From Vicinamibacteria bacterium (GTDB lineage: Bacteria > Acidobacteriota > Vicinamibacteria > Marinacidobacterales > Marinacidobacteraceae), in assembly GCA_965199715.1 (NCBI GenBank), contig OZ241322.1, positions 1,856,001 through 1,920,000 on the forward strand: a stretch of 64,000 bases of DNA, given 5' to 3'. The position numbers and the translations under genes are program-made. Below are positions 36,669 through 48,351 of the stretch, piece by piece. Positions within the stretch are counted from its first letter, which is position 1; the number at the start of each line of letters is the position of its first letter. The notes below the pieces were generated by a model that had not been told where the DNA came from, ran no database searches, and was given only the letters and a program-made list of their open reading frames with translations.

Positions 36669-37988
36669 TCAGCCGGGCCACTGAAGTCGGACGACCTCTT
36701 CCCGAAGGTATTCGCGACTGGCGGTTGCGTATCGGGAACGGAACAGGTCCATGGCGGTAAGCCTGTAGCCCAAGGATTGCGCCAGTTCGCCGAGAATGCT
36801 TCCCGTTCGAATCATGACCCTCAGGTACGAGGCTTGGTCGCCGACAATGTACGCCAGTCTGGCGCCGGGACGCAGTCTGCTCCGGAGGCTCGCCAGGCGC
36901 CGAACCATGCCGCCGAAGTAGAGCCGGGTGACGCGAGCGTATTGACGCTCGAAGCCGGATGTCTTCCCCAGCTCCAGGCGCCGCTTCTCGATGGAATGGG
37001 CGATGCGCTGGATGCCCTCATGGTTCTCGACGAGCGCGTCGTCCGCGTCGCTTACGTACACGCCGCGTGTATTCGAGCGAACCAGCCCTTGTTTCAGGCG
37101 CCGCAATTCCTGCCGGTCCTGGACAAAGCCGAGCAGCACGTTCTCAAGGCGCGTCGTTCGCGTGTAGTCCTTTTCGTTGGGGTAGGGAGGGGACGTAATT
37201 CACCGCATCCACCGGCTCCGCCTCCAGCGGAAGTTCGAGGCCGCGCGAGTCCGCGAGGTGCACCGAGGCGGCTGGCCGGGGCCAATTTCGCGCCGCGCGC
37301 AGATCGCTCGCCATCGTCTGGACTCGCCGGAGCCAGTCACTCACCACCGGCGCGTCCGATTGAATGCGGCGCACTCCGACTTCCGGCCCGAAGCGCAGAT
37401 TGCTGATCCCCGACACGAGGGCGGCTGCGAGCGCCAACCGCTCGTGCGAGTGCGCCGCGTGGCTCCGATGTCGCTCCAGGGCGTCGAGGAGAACCAGGGT
37501 CTTGTGCAGCGGCACGGGGCTGATCGAGTTCTTCAGCAGCAGGCGCTGTCGATCAGGAGACAGGGCCCGGAGCTCCGGAGTCGCCGAGTCTCGCTGGTCG
37601 AACAGGGGCCCGAAGCGGAAATCGTCGATCCCCTGCCGCTCCAGTTCATCCTGGGCTTCCGCAGCGATCGCGCTGGCGTGTTCAACCAGGGCCTCCGGAT
37701 TCAGGCTCCAGTCGAGTTTCGTTCTGCTGGCGAACCACGCGATGGGGTTGCGCTCGATCCCCACGCTCGGAATCCCGAGCTTGCGGCACTCCACGAGAGT
37801 GGTTCCGGTGCCGCAGAACGGGTCCTGGACCCGCTGATTCGGTTGGACTTCCAGAATCTCGAGATAGTCCCGGACCAGATGGAAGGAAAGGAAAGGACCA
37901 ACCGATACCAGTCGCGGACCGGACGATCTTCCGGCCGCAGGCGATTCCTTTGGGAAGAGCGGCGGGACTCCGCTTGGGCGATCGTCAT
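36669..37988 (-). pseudogene. DNA methyltransferase (SPPY, N4-cytosine type) with two frameshifts
   Basis: DWYR.V.SFP, frameshift near 37885, DPFCGTGTTLVEC..GIE.NP, frameshift near 37198, ITSPPYPNEKDY..LAYIVGD. Confidence 0.82.
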
Positions 37989-37996
37989 GGCGACCC

Positions 37997-39154
37997 CTAG
38001 ATGACGTTCCCCTCGGGGATCGCCGAGCCGCCGTGGAACCGGGCCAGCGAGAACGCCTCGATGTCCAGCGTCCGCGAAGCGCCGTCCACGATGACCTCCG
38101 AGATCGCCTTGCCCACCGCCGGAGCGTGCTGCATGCCGTGGCCGGAGAATCCGTTCGCCAGCACGAAGCGCGGCAGCTCGGGGGTCGGCCCGAGGATCGC
38201 GTTGTCGTCCGGCGAAATCTCGTAGAGCCCGGCCTGCGGGGCCTTCATGGAGGCCTTTTCGAGCGGCGGGAGCCGTCGCGCCGCGTCCTCCCACACGCCG
38301 GCGAGAAAATCGAGATCCGGCGTTTGCGAGAAACTTGGCGGCTCGTCCGGGTCCGAGCGGCCGATCAGCATGCCCCCGCTGTGGAGGTGCATGTACACGC
38401 CCGTACCCCAGTCGATCGTGAGCGGCATCCGCTCGGCGGTCCACCCGAGCGGCTTGGTCGTGAAGAACTGGCGCCGCGCCGGCGACACCGGGACGTTCAC
38501 GTCGAGGAGCGCGCCGACCTGGCCGGCCCACGGCCCCGCCGCGTTCACGAGCCACGCGCACTCCCAGCGCTCGCCGCCGGCCGTGAGCGCGAATCCGCCG
38601 CTCGGGAGGGGCTCCGCCGCGGTCACTTCGCACCCGCGCCGAAGCTGTGCGCCGCCGCCCCGCGCGAGCGCCGCGTACCCGGCCACGAGCGCGGCGGGCG
38701 TGGCCACCCCGTCCTCGGGGCAATACGTCGCCCCCGCCAGATCGTCGGTGCGGACCCCGGGGGCGAGCCGCCGCGCCTCCTCGGGCGAGATCACCTCCAC
38801 CGGCGCTCCGAGCGCCCGCTGGCGCTCGGCCGTCTCCGAAAACCGCCGGAGGTCCGCTTCCGAGTCCAGCAGGAACAGATAGCCGTCCTGCGCGAAATCG
38901 GCGTCCACTCCGGTGCGCTCGCGGAAGTTCCGGATCTCCTCGATCGAGTAGCGGGACAGCGCGACGTTGGCGGCGGTGGTGAACTGGAGCCGCACGCCGC
39001 CCGCCGCCTTCGCGGTGGTGCCGGTCCCGAGCGCTTCCTCCCGCTCGAAGACGACGATCCGGCCCGGCCTCCGCTCGGCGAGGTGCGCGGCGATCGAGGC
39101 GCCGATCACGCCCCCGCCCACGATCGCGATCTCGGCCGTGCGTCGGGGACTCAT
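37997..39154 (-). CDS. FAD-dependent oxidoreductase (DAO / sarcosine oxidase beta-like)
   Basis: IVGGGVIG, T.KAAGGVR, GYLFL, VNAAGPWA, AGLYE.SPD.NAILG, NGFSGHGMQ. Confidence 0.9.
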   Translation of the reverse strand: MSPRRTAEIAIVGGGVIGASIAAHLAERRPGRIVVFEREEALGTGTTAKAAGGVRLQFTTAANVALSRYSIEEIRNFRERTGVDADFAQDGYLFLLDSEADLRRFSETAERQRALGAPVEVISPEEARRLAPGVRTDDLAGATYCPEDGVATPAALVAGYAALARGGGAQLRRGCEVTAAEPLPSGGFALTAGGERWECAWLVNAAGPWAGQVGALLDVNVPVSPARRQFFTTKPLGWTAERMPLTIDWGTGVYMHLHSGGMLIGRSDPDEPPSFSQTPDLDFLAGVWEDAARRLPPLEKASMKAPQAGLYEISPDDNAILGPTPELPRFVLANGFSGHGMQHAPAVGKAISEVIVDGASRTLDIEAFSLARFHGGSAIPEGNVI

Positions 39155-39177
39155 GGAGGGGCGGTAAAATTATCCGC

Positions 39178-40488
<1,311 letters not shown>

Positions 40489-40489
40489 G

Positions 40490-41613
40490 ACAGGCGGTCC
40501 ATCCGCCTCGAGGGGAGAATCCAGCCGTCCGCGCGGCGCCGCTCCTCGTCGCCGCCGTACACCGCCGCCACCTCCACCGGGAAGGCGTCGAGGTGGCCGG
40601 CTACCCGGCGGGCGCCCGACAGCCTCCCGGACGAGAGCGCGCCGGCCGACTTGCATTCGACGAACGTCAGTCGATCCGGTCGCTGGATCACGAGGTCCAC
40701 TTCGGCGCCGTTGCAGTCCCGATAGAACGAGAGCAGGCGGTCCTCCTCGACGAGCTTCCGCGCCTCGGAAAGGACCCACGTCTCGAACGGCGCGCCCCGC
40801 AGCGGGTGGCTGCGAAGGTGGGCCGGCTCACGGATCCCGAGCAGGCGAGTCCGGCGTCGTGGAACGCCAGTTTCGGGGCCTTCCCCGGCCGCTTGCGGAC
40901 GTTCGCGTGGAAGGGGCGAAGCCGGAACACGACGTAACCGGCCTCCAGCACCGACAGCCACGTCCTCGCCGTGGGTTGGGAGATCCCGTAGGCCCTGGCG
41001 AGCGACGCCAGATTCAGCAACTGCGCGGTCCGTCCGGCGCACGACTCGAGGAAGCGCCGGAACGTCTCGAGATCGCCGACGTTGAGCGCCTGGCGCACGT
41101 CCCGCTCAATGTACGTGCGCACGTAGCTGCCGAGCCAGCGCGACGGTTGCCGGCCTCTGTCGAAGACGCGGGGGAAACCGCCGGCGAGCAACGCCTCGTC
41201 GAGAGTGGCCGGCGGCTTCTCGAAACGCTGGATCTCGGCCCAGTTCAGCGGCAGGAGTTCCAGAAGCTCGGTCCGGCCGGCGAGCGACCGGTCGCCCGGA
41301 TCCCGGACGGAACCAGTCAGGATCCAGCGTCCGCGCGCCGGGTTCTCGTCCACGATCCCCTGGAGGTGCGAGAGCAGGTCCGGCGCGCGCTCGATCTCGT
41401 CGAGGACTGCGTCGTGCGGGAACTGCGCGAGGAATCGGCGCGGGTCCTCGACCGCGAGGGAGCGCGTGTCGAGCTCCTCGAGCGAGGCGAAGGGCCGGTC
41501 GCCGAAGACATGGCGGCAGAGGGTCGTCTTGCCGCTCTGCCGGGGACCGGTGAGCGTGACGACCGGCGCCAGGCTGGCCGCGACCCTGACTGCCGGCGCG
41601 AGATCCCGGCCAA
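40490..41613 (-). pseudogene. Second AAA_14 + DUF4143 (COG1373) gene, disrupted
   Basis: IGRDL..VVTLTGPRQSGKTT..LDEIER..LTGS..SLAGR..TYIERDVR, frameshift near 40845, then LRG..FETWV..YRD..EVDLV..ECK. No ATG/GTG/TTG at the expected start. Confidence 0.8.
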
Positions 41614-41643
41614 TCCAAGATCGAATCTTGAATCAGCTTGAGT

Positions 41644-42771
41644 TCAGGCGGCGACCAGCGTCTCCGCGGCGACCTCCCGCAGGGTCTCGCTGATGAGGCC
41701 GAGGCTCGTCTCGAGCACGTGCGGCTCGGCGCCGTAGCCGATCCGGAGGAAGCCGTCCATCTCGAAATGGCTGGCGGGGACGACCAGCAGGTCCTTCTCC
41801 AGGCGCAGCCGCTCGCCGAACTCCTCCGCCGGGATCGGATGTTCGTAGCGCACCGCGGCGATCGCGCCGGCCTCGGGGCGCGTCCAGCGGAGCCCGACCG
41901 GATGGTTCGCGTGGGACGCGATCCAGCTCTCGACCAGCGGAAGCTGGCGGCGCATGATCCCGCGGGTGCGCTCGAGGATCTCGGGCCGGCGGTCCAGCGC
42001 GATCCGCGCGAGCCGGTCCGAGAGCGCGCTGATGGCCAGCGTGTTGTAGTCGCGGTGGCCCCAGAGCTCGTTCGCCCGATCCTCGGTCGTCACGATCCAG
42101 CCGACCCGGAGCCCGGGCAGCCCGAACGCCTTGGAGAGGCCGGCGTTCAGGAAGATGCGATCCACCCGGCCCCAGAACGTCGGGCACTCGACGCCGTTCA
42201 GTTCCGCGCCGCGATAGACCTCGTCGGCGAGCAGCCAGGCGTCCGAGCGGTTCGCGACGTCCGCGATCCGGTCCATCTCCCGCTCCGTGAGCACGCGGCC
42301 GGTCGGGTTGTTGGGGTTGCAGACGCAGATCAGCTTGGTGCGCTCGGTGACCGCGGCCTCGAGCGCGTCGAGGTCGGGCCGCCAGCCCTCCGCTTCGACC
42401 AGCGGGAAGGGGATCACCCGGGCGCCGAGCGACCGGCAGGCGCCGATGATCTGCATGTAGTTCGGGACCATCGCCACGACCTCGTCGCCCGGGTTGAGGG
42501 AGACGAGCGCGGTCAGGAAGTTGGCCTCGGCGGTTCCGTTGGTGATGAGCACCTGGTCCCGGTTCGCGCCCGGGTGGAGCGCGGCGACCCGCTCCCGCAG
42601 CGGAATCGTGCCGTTGCTCTGCGGATAGCCGAGCAGCGTGTCCCCGAGATCGCGGTCGCCGACGAGCTCGGCGAGCGTCATCGGGTGGACTCCGCTTTCC
42701 GAAATGTTCCAGCGCACGGTGTTTTCCCACCGGCACAGGCTGCGCTCCATGACGAACGGCACGAACTTCAT
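41644..42771 (-). CDS. Aminotransferase class I/II
   Basis: MKFVPFVMER..NISESGV, CNPNNPTG, ADEVYRG, GLSKAFGLPGLRVGW. Confidence 0.9.
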   Translation of the reverse strand: MKFVPFVMERSLCRWENTVRWNISESGVHPMTLAELVGDRDLGDTLLGYPQSNGTIPLRERVAALHPGANRDQVLITNGTAEANFLTALVSLNPGDEVVAMVPNYMQIIGACRSLGARVIPFPLVEAEGWRPDLDALEAAVTERTKLICVCNPNNPTGRVLTEREMDRIADVANRSDAWLLADEVYRGAELNGVECPTFWGRVDRIFLNAGLSKAFGLPGLRVGWIVTTEDRANELWGHRDYNTLAISALSDRLARIALDRRPEILERTRGIMRRQLPLVESWIASHANHPVGLRWTRPEAGAIAAVRYEHPIPAEEFGERLRLEKDLLVVPASHFEMDGFLRIGYGAEPHVLETSLGLISETLREVAAETLVAA

Positions 42772-42807
42772 GGGCGGGAATCGTAGTCGGCCGATACCAT
42801 TGGCGGC

Positions 42808-43938
42808 ATGGAGCGCAATCCCACTCGCCGCGTCCCCGTCGGTTCGGTGGTCGTCGGCGACGGCAACCCGATCGTCGTCCAGAGCATGTGCGCGACCCAC
42901 ACCCGGGATGTGGACGCGACCGTGGCCCAGACCGAGGCGCTCCGCGCCGCCGGGGCCGGCATCGTGCGGGTCGCGGTGGACAGCCGGCGGGAGGTCGATG
43001 CGCTGGCCGAGATCCGCAAGCGCACGCCGGCGAACCTCGTGGTCGATCTGCAAGAGAGCTACCGCCTCGCCGAGAGCGTCGCCCCGCACGTGAACAAGAT
43101 CCGGTACAACCCCGGGCACCTCTGGCACCACGAGACCTCGCGCCCGGTTCCGGACAAGGTCCGCTACCTCGCGGACGTCGCCGGCGAGCACGGCTGCGCG
43201 ATCCGCGTCGGGGTCAACTGCGGCTCCATGGACCCGGCGCACCAGGACCGCTTCGACGACGACCCGGTGGGGGCGATGGTCGCTTCCGCCACCGAGCACT
43301 GCGAGCTCCTGGACCGGTTCGGGTTCACCCGCTACGTGGTCTCGCTGAAGGACTCGGACCCGGCGAACGTCATCGACGGGAACCGGCGCTTCGCCGCCGA
43401 GCGTCCGGACGTGCCGCTCCACCTCGGCGTCACCGAGGCCGGGATGCCCCCCGAGGGCGTCATCAAGACGCGCATCGCCTTCGAGCAGCTCGTGAGCCGC
43501 GGCATCGGGGACACGGTGCGGGTCTCGCTGACCCTCCCGAACGTCCGCAAGCCCGAGGAGGTGGAGGCGGGCCACCAGATCCTCACCGACATCGCGAACG
43601 GGCGCTTCCGTTCGGTTCCCGAATTCCCGAAGGACCGGCTCAACATCATCTCCTGCCCGTCCTGCTCTCGCGTCGAGAACGAGCAGTTCATCGAGTTGGC
43701 CGAGGACGTGCGCGAGATGACTCGCTACGCCGAGAAGCACGCGATCACGATCGCGGTCATGGGGTGCCGGGTGAACGGCCCCGGCGAGACCGACGACGCC
43801 GATCTCGGGCTCTGGTGCGGTCCGGCCTTCGTGAACCTGAAGAAGGGGCCCGAGTCGCTCGGCGCGTACCCCTACGGCGAGATCCTCGGCCGCCTGAAGG
43901 TCGAGGTGGATCGCCTCATTCAGCAGCGCGCGGGCTGA
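42808..43938 (+). CDS. ispG: HMB-PP synthase IspG
   Basis: [58 protein letters not shown]. Confidence 0.95.
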   Translation: MERNPTRRVPVGSVVVGDGNPIVVQSMCATHTRDVDATVAQTEALRAAGAGIVRVAVDSRREVDALAEIRKRTPANLVVDLQESYRLAESVAPHVNKIRYNPGHLWHHETSRPVPDKVRYLADVAGEHGCAIRVGVNCGSMDPAHQDRFDDDPVGAMVASATEHCELLDRFGFTRYVVSLKDSDPANVIDGNRRFAAERPDVPLHLGVTEAGMPPEGVIKTRIAFEQLVSRGIGDTVRVSLTLPNVRKPEEVEAGHQILTDIANGRFRSVPEFPKDRLNIISCPSCSRVENEQFIELAEDVREMTRYAEKHAITIAVMGCRVNGPGETDDADLGLWCGPAFVNLKKGPESLGAYPYGEILGRLKVEVDRLIQQRAG

Positions 43939-44650
43939 TTCGGCGCGCGGCGACGTCGAGCTGCCGCGCCTCGAACGCGAGCGTCGCCTCGCGCAACTGG
44001 CGCCGCCGCGTCTCGAGCCAGTCCGCCGCCCGCTCCCCGACCTCCTTCTCGATGAATCCGAGAATCGTCCGGAGGAAATACGCCTCGTCCCCGGGATAGC
44101 CCCCGTCCCGGGGGACGACCCGCCAGTCGGAGCGCCCCGAAGCGACCCCGGCGAATCCCGGCGCGTCCTCCGTCAGGAGCTCGCCGGCGCGGGGCGCGGC
44201 CATGCTCCGATGGTACGCGTCGAGGACGGGGGCGTCGGATTCGTGCGGCGGGTCGAAGCGCGTCTCGCCGGCGAACGTGAGCGCGGCGTAGAACACGCCG
44301 CCCGGCGCGAGGACTCCGCGGGCGAAGTCGAACGCCGCCCCCGCCGGCAGGAGGTCCCAGAACGACCGGGCGAGGAGCAGGTCCCACCGCTCGCCGCCGA
44401 AGCCGCCGGGGACCTCCGCCGCACGGAAGCGGACCGGAAAACCGGCGGCCGCTTCCCGATACGCTCGCAGGAGCTCCGGATTCCCGTCGGTCGCGGTGAG
44501 CTCGAAATCCACGCCGTCCAACAGCCGCATCCAGCGCCGGAAGCCGCCGCCGGCGCCGCCGCCCACCTCGAGCGCGCGGAGCGGCCGGCGAGCGGGGAGC
44601 GCGGCGCGGACGGCGCGTTCCACCCCCGGATGGATCGATCGTTCGTCCAC
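43916..44650 (-). CDS. Class I SAM-dependent methyltransferase (start uncertain)
   Basis: LEVGGGAG motif I, WDLL....FWDL, L.PGGVFY. The frame is open upstream of the GTG with [13 protein letters not shown]. Confidence 0.72.
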   Translation of the reverse strand: MDERSIHPGVERAVRAALPARRPLRALEVGGGAGGGFRRWMRLLDGVDFELTATDGNPELLRAYREAAAGFPVRFRAAEVPGGFGGERWDLLLARSFWDLLPAGAAFDFARGVLAPGGVFYAALTFAGETRFDPPHESDAPVLDAYHRSMAAPRAGELLTEDAPGFAGVASGRSDWRVVPRDGGYPGDEAYFLRTILGFIEKEVGERAADWLETRRRQLREATLAFEARQLDVAARRISPRAAE

Positions 44651-44694
44651 CCCGCGCTTGGCACGCAGGTAGCGGACGAAGTCGGCCGGGGCCG

Positions 44695-44781
44695 CTACTT
44701 TCGGGAGCGCCTCGGGCGGCTTTTTCCGTTGGTGCCCTGGAAGATCTTGCCGCGTTTGGTGCGCCGGTCGCCTTTTCCCAT
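44695..44781 (-). CDS. thx: 30S ribosomal protein Thx (bTHX / PSRP4 family)
   Basis: Not in the ORF track. MGKGDRRTKRGKIFQGTNGKSRPRRSRK* matches the GKGD.RT.RGKI..G..GK.RP signature. TAGAAT 10 nt upstream. Confidence 0.92.
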   Translation of the reverse strand: MGKGDRRTKRGKIFQGTNGKSRPRRSRK

Positions 44782-44822
44782 GAGGTCGGGGATTCTAGCC
44801 GCCCGTCCGTACAATCGTCGCC

Positions 44823-45581
44823 ATGCGCATCGACCTGAACTGCGACATGGGCGAGAGCTTCGGCAATTACGAGCTCGGCTGCGACGAGGACATCCTCGAA
44901 GTCGTCACCTCCGCGAACGTCGCCTGCGGGTTCCACGCCGGCGATCCGGTCATCATGGACCGCACCGTGGCGCTCGCGCTGGCGAAGGGCGTGGCGGTGG
45001 GCGCCCATCCGGGCCACCACGACCTGCGGGGCTTCGGTCGTCGCCCGATCCAAGCGCCGCCCGAGGAAGTGGAGGCCGACGTGCTCTACCAGGTCGCCGC
45101 GCTCGCCGGATTCGTGCGCTCCCGCAACGGCCGCATGGCGCACGTGAAGCCGCACGGCGCACTCTACAACCAGGCGGTGGGCGATCCGTCGCTGGCCGCC
45201 GCGCTCGCCCGCGCGGTCGCCCGGGCCGATCGGGATCTGGTCTTCGTCGGCCTCGCCACCTCGGACGCGATGCGCGACGCCGCCCGGGCGGAGGGCCTCC
45301 GCTTCGCCGGCGAGGCGTTCGCGGACCGGGTGTACAACCCCGACGGAACGCTCCAGTCGCGCCGGATTCCGGGATCGGTGATCCACGACCCCGAAAAGGC
45401 CGCAGCGCAGGCGGTCCGCATCGCGAAGGGATCCGTGGTCGCCCACGACGGGATCGAGGTTCCGGTCGCGGCCGAGACGCTCTGCCTCCACGGAGACAAT
45501 CCCGCGGCGCTCGAGAACGCCCGCACCGTGCGCCGGAGGCTGGAGGCGGCCGGGGTGGCGGTCCGGGCGCCCGACCGGTGA
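44823..45581 (+). CDS. pxpA: 5-oxoprolinase subunit A (LamB/YcsF)
   Basis: IDLNCDMGESFG, SANVACGFHAGDP, HVKPHGALYN, EAFADR.Y, TLCLHGD. Confidence 0.93.
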   Translation: MRIDLNCDMGESFGNYELGCDEDILEVVTSANVACGFHAGDPVIMDRTVALALAKGVAVGAHPGHHDLRGFGRRPIQAPPEEVEADVLYQVAALAGFVRSRNGRMAHVKPHGALYNQAVGDPSLAAALARAVARADRDLVFVGLATSDAMRDAARAEGLRFAGEAFADRVYNPDGTLQSRRIPGSVIHDPEKAAAQAVRIAKGSVVAHDGIEVPVAAETLCLHGDNPAALENARTVRRRLEAAGVAVRAPDR

Positions 45582-47212
45582 CCGAGCCTCGCCTGCTGGA
45601 CGCCGGCGAGGCCGCCTTCGTCGTCGAGTTCGGCGATCGCATCGACGACGACCTGCATGCGCGGGCCACCGGACTCGCCGCGCTGCTCGAGCGCGAGCCG
45701 TTCGACGGCTACCGGGAGGCGATCCCCACGTACCGCTCGGTCCTCGTGCTGCACGATCCGGCGGCGGACCCCGACGCGGTCCGCGCCTGGACGCTGGATC
45801 GCGCCCGTCGCGCCGGAGCGGAGCGGAAGGCCCAGCCCGGGCGGATCGAGCTCCCCTGCGTCTATGACGGCGAGGATCTCGGGGACGTGGCCGAGCAGGT
45901 TGGCGTCCCGGTCGAGGAGCTCGTCCGCGTCCACTCCGGGCGCGACTACCGCGTCTTCCTGATCGGCTTCACCCCGGGGTTTCCCTATCTGGGGATGGCC
46001 GACCCCCGCCTCGACATCCCGCGCCGCGCGACGCCCCGGGTGCGGGTTCCCGCCGGTTCGGTTGCGATGGCCCGCGCCCAGACCGGCGTCTATCCGTGGG
46101 TGACCCCCGGCGGCTGGCATCTCCTCGGCCGCACCGATCCGGCGCTCCTGTTCGACCCCGACCGGAGCCCGCCGGCGACGTGCCTGCCGGGCGACGAGGT
46201 CCGCTTCGTTCCGGTCGAGGAGCTTCCAGTCCGGGAGGCGGTCGCGAACCGGCCCGAAACCGAGCCGTCCGGCGCGCCGGCGCTCGAGATGCGGCGCGGC
46301 GGGCTCCTCACCACCGTCCAGGACCTCGGCCGGCCCGGCTTCCAGCGCTACGGGGTTCCGCGCGCCGGAGCGGCGGACCCCCGCTCGCTCGCCTTCGCGA
46401 ACCGGGCGGTGGGGAACCCGGACGGCGCCGCCGGGCTCGAATGCGCGCTGCTGGGTCCACGGGTCCGGTTCCTGCGCCGGGTTCTCGTCGCGCTCGGCGG
46501 CGCGGACCATCGGGCGGCGCTGCGGCTTCCGAACGGGATGCGCTGGCCGGTCCCGGTGGGGACGTCCCTCCTGGCGCCGGCGGGCAGCGAGCTGACGTTC
46601 GGCGGCCCGCCGACCGGGATGCGCGCCTACCTCGCTTTCGCCGGCGGGATCGACGTGCCCGAGGTGCTCGGGTCCCGCGCCACCTACCTCACCGCCGGAT
46701 TCGGCGGGTTCCGGGGGCGCGCGCTGCGCGACGGCGATCGCCTCCATCTCGGTCCGGCGCCCGAGGACGCACGGGAGAGCCGGTTCGAGCCGCTGGCGCG
46801 GCGCGCCCCGTCGGGCGACCTGCGCCTGCGGGTCAGCCTCGGCCCCCAGGCGGACTGCTTCACGGGCGCGTGCATCGAGCGGCTGCCCGAGCTCGCCTTC
46901 ACCGTCTCGAACGACTCGAACCGCATGGGAACGCGCCTCGACGGCCCGGTTCTCGCGCACCGGCCGGGGAAGAAGGAGATCGTCTCCGACGCGAACCCGC
47001 CGGGAGCGATCCAGGTTCCCCCGGCCGGGCGGCCCATCGTCATGGGGGCCGATCAGGGAACGACCGGCGGCTACCCCAAGATCGGGTGCGTCGCGGCGCC
47101 CGATCTGGCCCGGCTGGCGCAGGCGCTTCCGGGGACCCGGGTCGGTTTCGACGTCGTGTCGCTGGCGGAGGCCCGGGAGATCACGCTCGCCGACGCCAGC
47201 CGCCTCCCCTGA
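45578..47212 (+). CDS. pxpBC: Fused 5-oxoprolinase subunits B and C (KipI-KipA / AHS1-AHS2)
   Basis: IGFTPGFPYLG, QTGVYP..TPGGW; then TTVQDLGRPG, GSRAT, SNRMG.RL, GAIQVP, TTGGYPKI. Confidence 0.9.
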   Translation: MTEPRLLDAGEAAFVVEFGDRIDDDLHARATGLAALLEREPFDGYREAIPTYRSVLVLHDPAADPDAVRAWTLDRARRAGAERKAQPGRIELPCVYDGEDLGDVAEQVGVPVEELVRVHSGRDYRVFLIGFTPGFPYLGMADPRLDIPRRATPRVRVPAGSVAMARAQTGVYPWVTPGGWHLLGRTDPALLFDPDRSPPATCLPGDEVRFVPVEELPVREAVANRPETEPSGAPALEMRRGGLLTTVQDLGRPGFQRYGVPRAGAADPRSLAFANRAVGNPDGAAGLECALLGPRVRFLRRVLVALGGADHRAALRLPNGMRWPVPVGTSLLAPAGSELTFGGPPTGMRAYLAFAGGIDVPEVLGSRATYLTAGFGGFRGRALRDGDRLHLGPAPEDARESRFEPLARRAPSGDLRLRVSLGPQADCFTGACIERLPELAFTVSNDSNRMGTRLDGPVLAHRPGKKEIVSDANPPGAIQVPPAGRPIVMGADQGTTGGYPKIGCVAAPDLARLAQALPGTRVGFDVVSLAEAREITLADASRLP

Positions 47213-47603
47213 ACAAGCGCGCGATCCGCGAGTCGAGCAGGTCGCGGGTCTCCCGGAACCGGACGAGCGACTCCTCGGCGGTCGCGGCGCCCGCGGGGTC
47301 GCGCAGCGGCCAGTGCAGCCGGTGGGTTCCCGGCGGGAGCGTCGGACAGACCTCCTCGGCGCACAGCGTGATCACGCACGCGGCGTCCGCGATGGGTACG
47401 TCCTCGAGGCCCTTGGACTTCGCCTTCGAGATGTCCGCGCCAATTTCCCGGAGCACCCGAATGGCCATCGGGTGCACTCTCCACGGCGCGGATCCGGCGC
47501 TGAAGACCGCGACCTCTGGCGGCGCGTGGCGGCGCGCGACCGCCTCGGCGAGCTGGCTGCGCGCCGAGTTCGCGAGACACAGGAAGATGACCGGGCGGGG
47601 CAT
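47181..47603 (-). CDS. arsC: Arsenate reductase ArsC / LMW phosphatase family
   Basis: FLCLANSARSQLAE, SAGS, VHP.A, TLCAEEVCP, HW..DP. Confidence 0.85.
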   Translation of the reverse strand: MPRPVIFLCLANSARSQLAEAVARRHAPPEVAVFSAGSAPWRVHPMAIRVLREIGADISKAKSKGLEDVPIADAACVITLCAEEVCPTLPPGTHRLHWPLRDPAGAATAEESLVRFRETRDLLDSRIARLFRGGGWRRRA

Positions 47604-47646
47604 GCGGACGCGCGAAGTCTAGGGGGGAGCGAACGCTATTCTTGCC

Positions 47647-48351
47647 TTGATTCCCGTGGTTTTCCGTCGGCTCCCGCTGATCCCGTGCGTGGCGGTGCTC
47701 GCGTGCGCGCCCGAACCGGAGATTCCGGCGGATCCGGTTCCGGCGGTCGAGCCCGACCGCTCGGGCCCGGCGCTGATCGCCTTCGGGGACAGCCTCACCG
47801 CCGGCTACGGAATCGATCCGGAAGAAGCGTGGCCGGCGCGGCTCGAGGCCCTGCTCGCGGCGCGGGGGCGCGACCTTCGGGTCGTGAACGCCGGAGCGTC
47901 CGGGGAGACGAGCTCGGGCGGACTGCGGCGGCTGCCCTGGGTGCTGGATCGGGAGCCCGGCGCCGTCGCGCTCGTGGTCGCGCTCGGCGGCAACGACGGG
48001 CTACGGGCGATTCCTCCCGAGCTCATGGAGGAGAACCTGCGCGGCATGCTCGCCGAAGCCCGTTCGCGCGGACTTCCGGTCCTGCTCGCCGGAGTCCCGT
48101 CGCCTCCCGAACTGGGGGACGACTACGCCGAGGAGTTCCAGGCCGCGTTCCGCTCCGCCGCCGCCAGCGCCGGAGCGCCGCTGCTCGCGAGCCTGCTCGA
48201 GGGGGTCGCCGGGGTCCCGGAGCTGAATCAGCGCGACGGGATCCATCCGAACCCGGAAGGCGCGTCCCGGATCGCGTCGGTCGTCCTCGCCGCGGTCGTT
48301 CCGCTGCTGGGGAACGCCGCGCCGCCGGACGTCGTTACCGACGAGGAATGA
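47647..48351 (+). CDS. Arylesterase / TesA-like SGNH hydrolase (lipoprotein-like)
   Basis: FGDSLTAGYG, NAG.SGET, LGGNDGLR, NQ.DGIHPN. LAC lipobox-like motif. Confidence 0.9.
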   Translation: MIPVVFRRLPLIPCVAVLACAPEPEIPADPVPAVEPDRSGPALIAFGDSLTAGYGIDPEEAWPARLEALLAARGRDLRVVNAGASGETSSGGLRRLPWVLDREPGAVALVVALGGNDGLRAIPPELMEENLRGMLAEARSRGLPVLLAGVPSPPELGDDYAEEFQAAFRSAAASAGAPLLASLLEGVAGVPELNQRDGIHPNPEGASRIASVVLAAVVPLLGNAAPPDVVTDEE

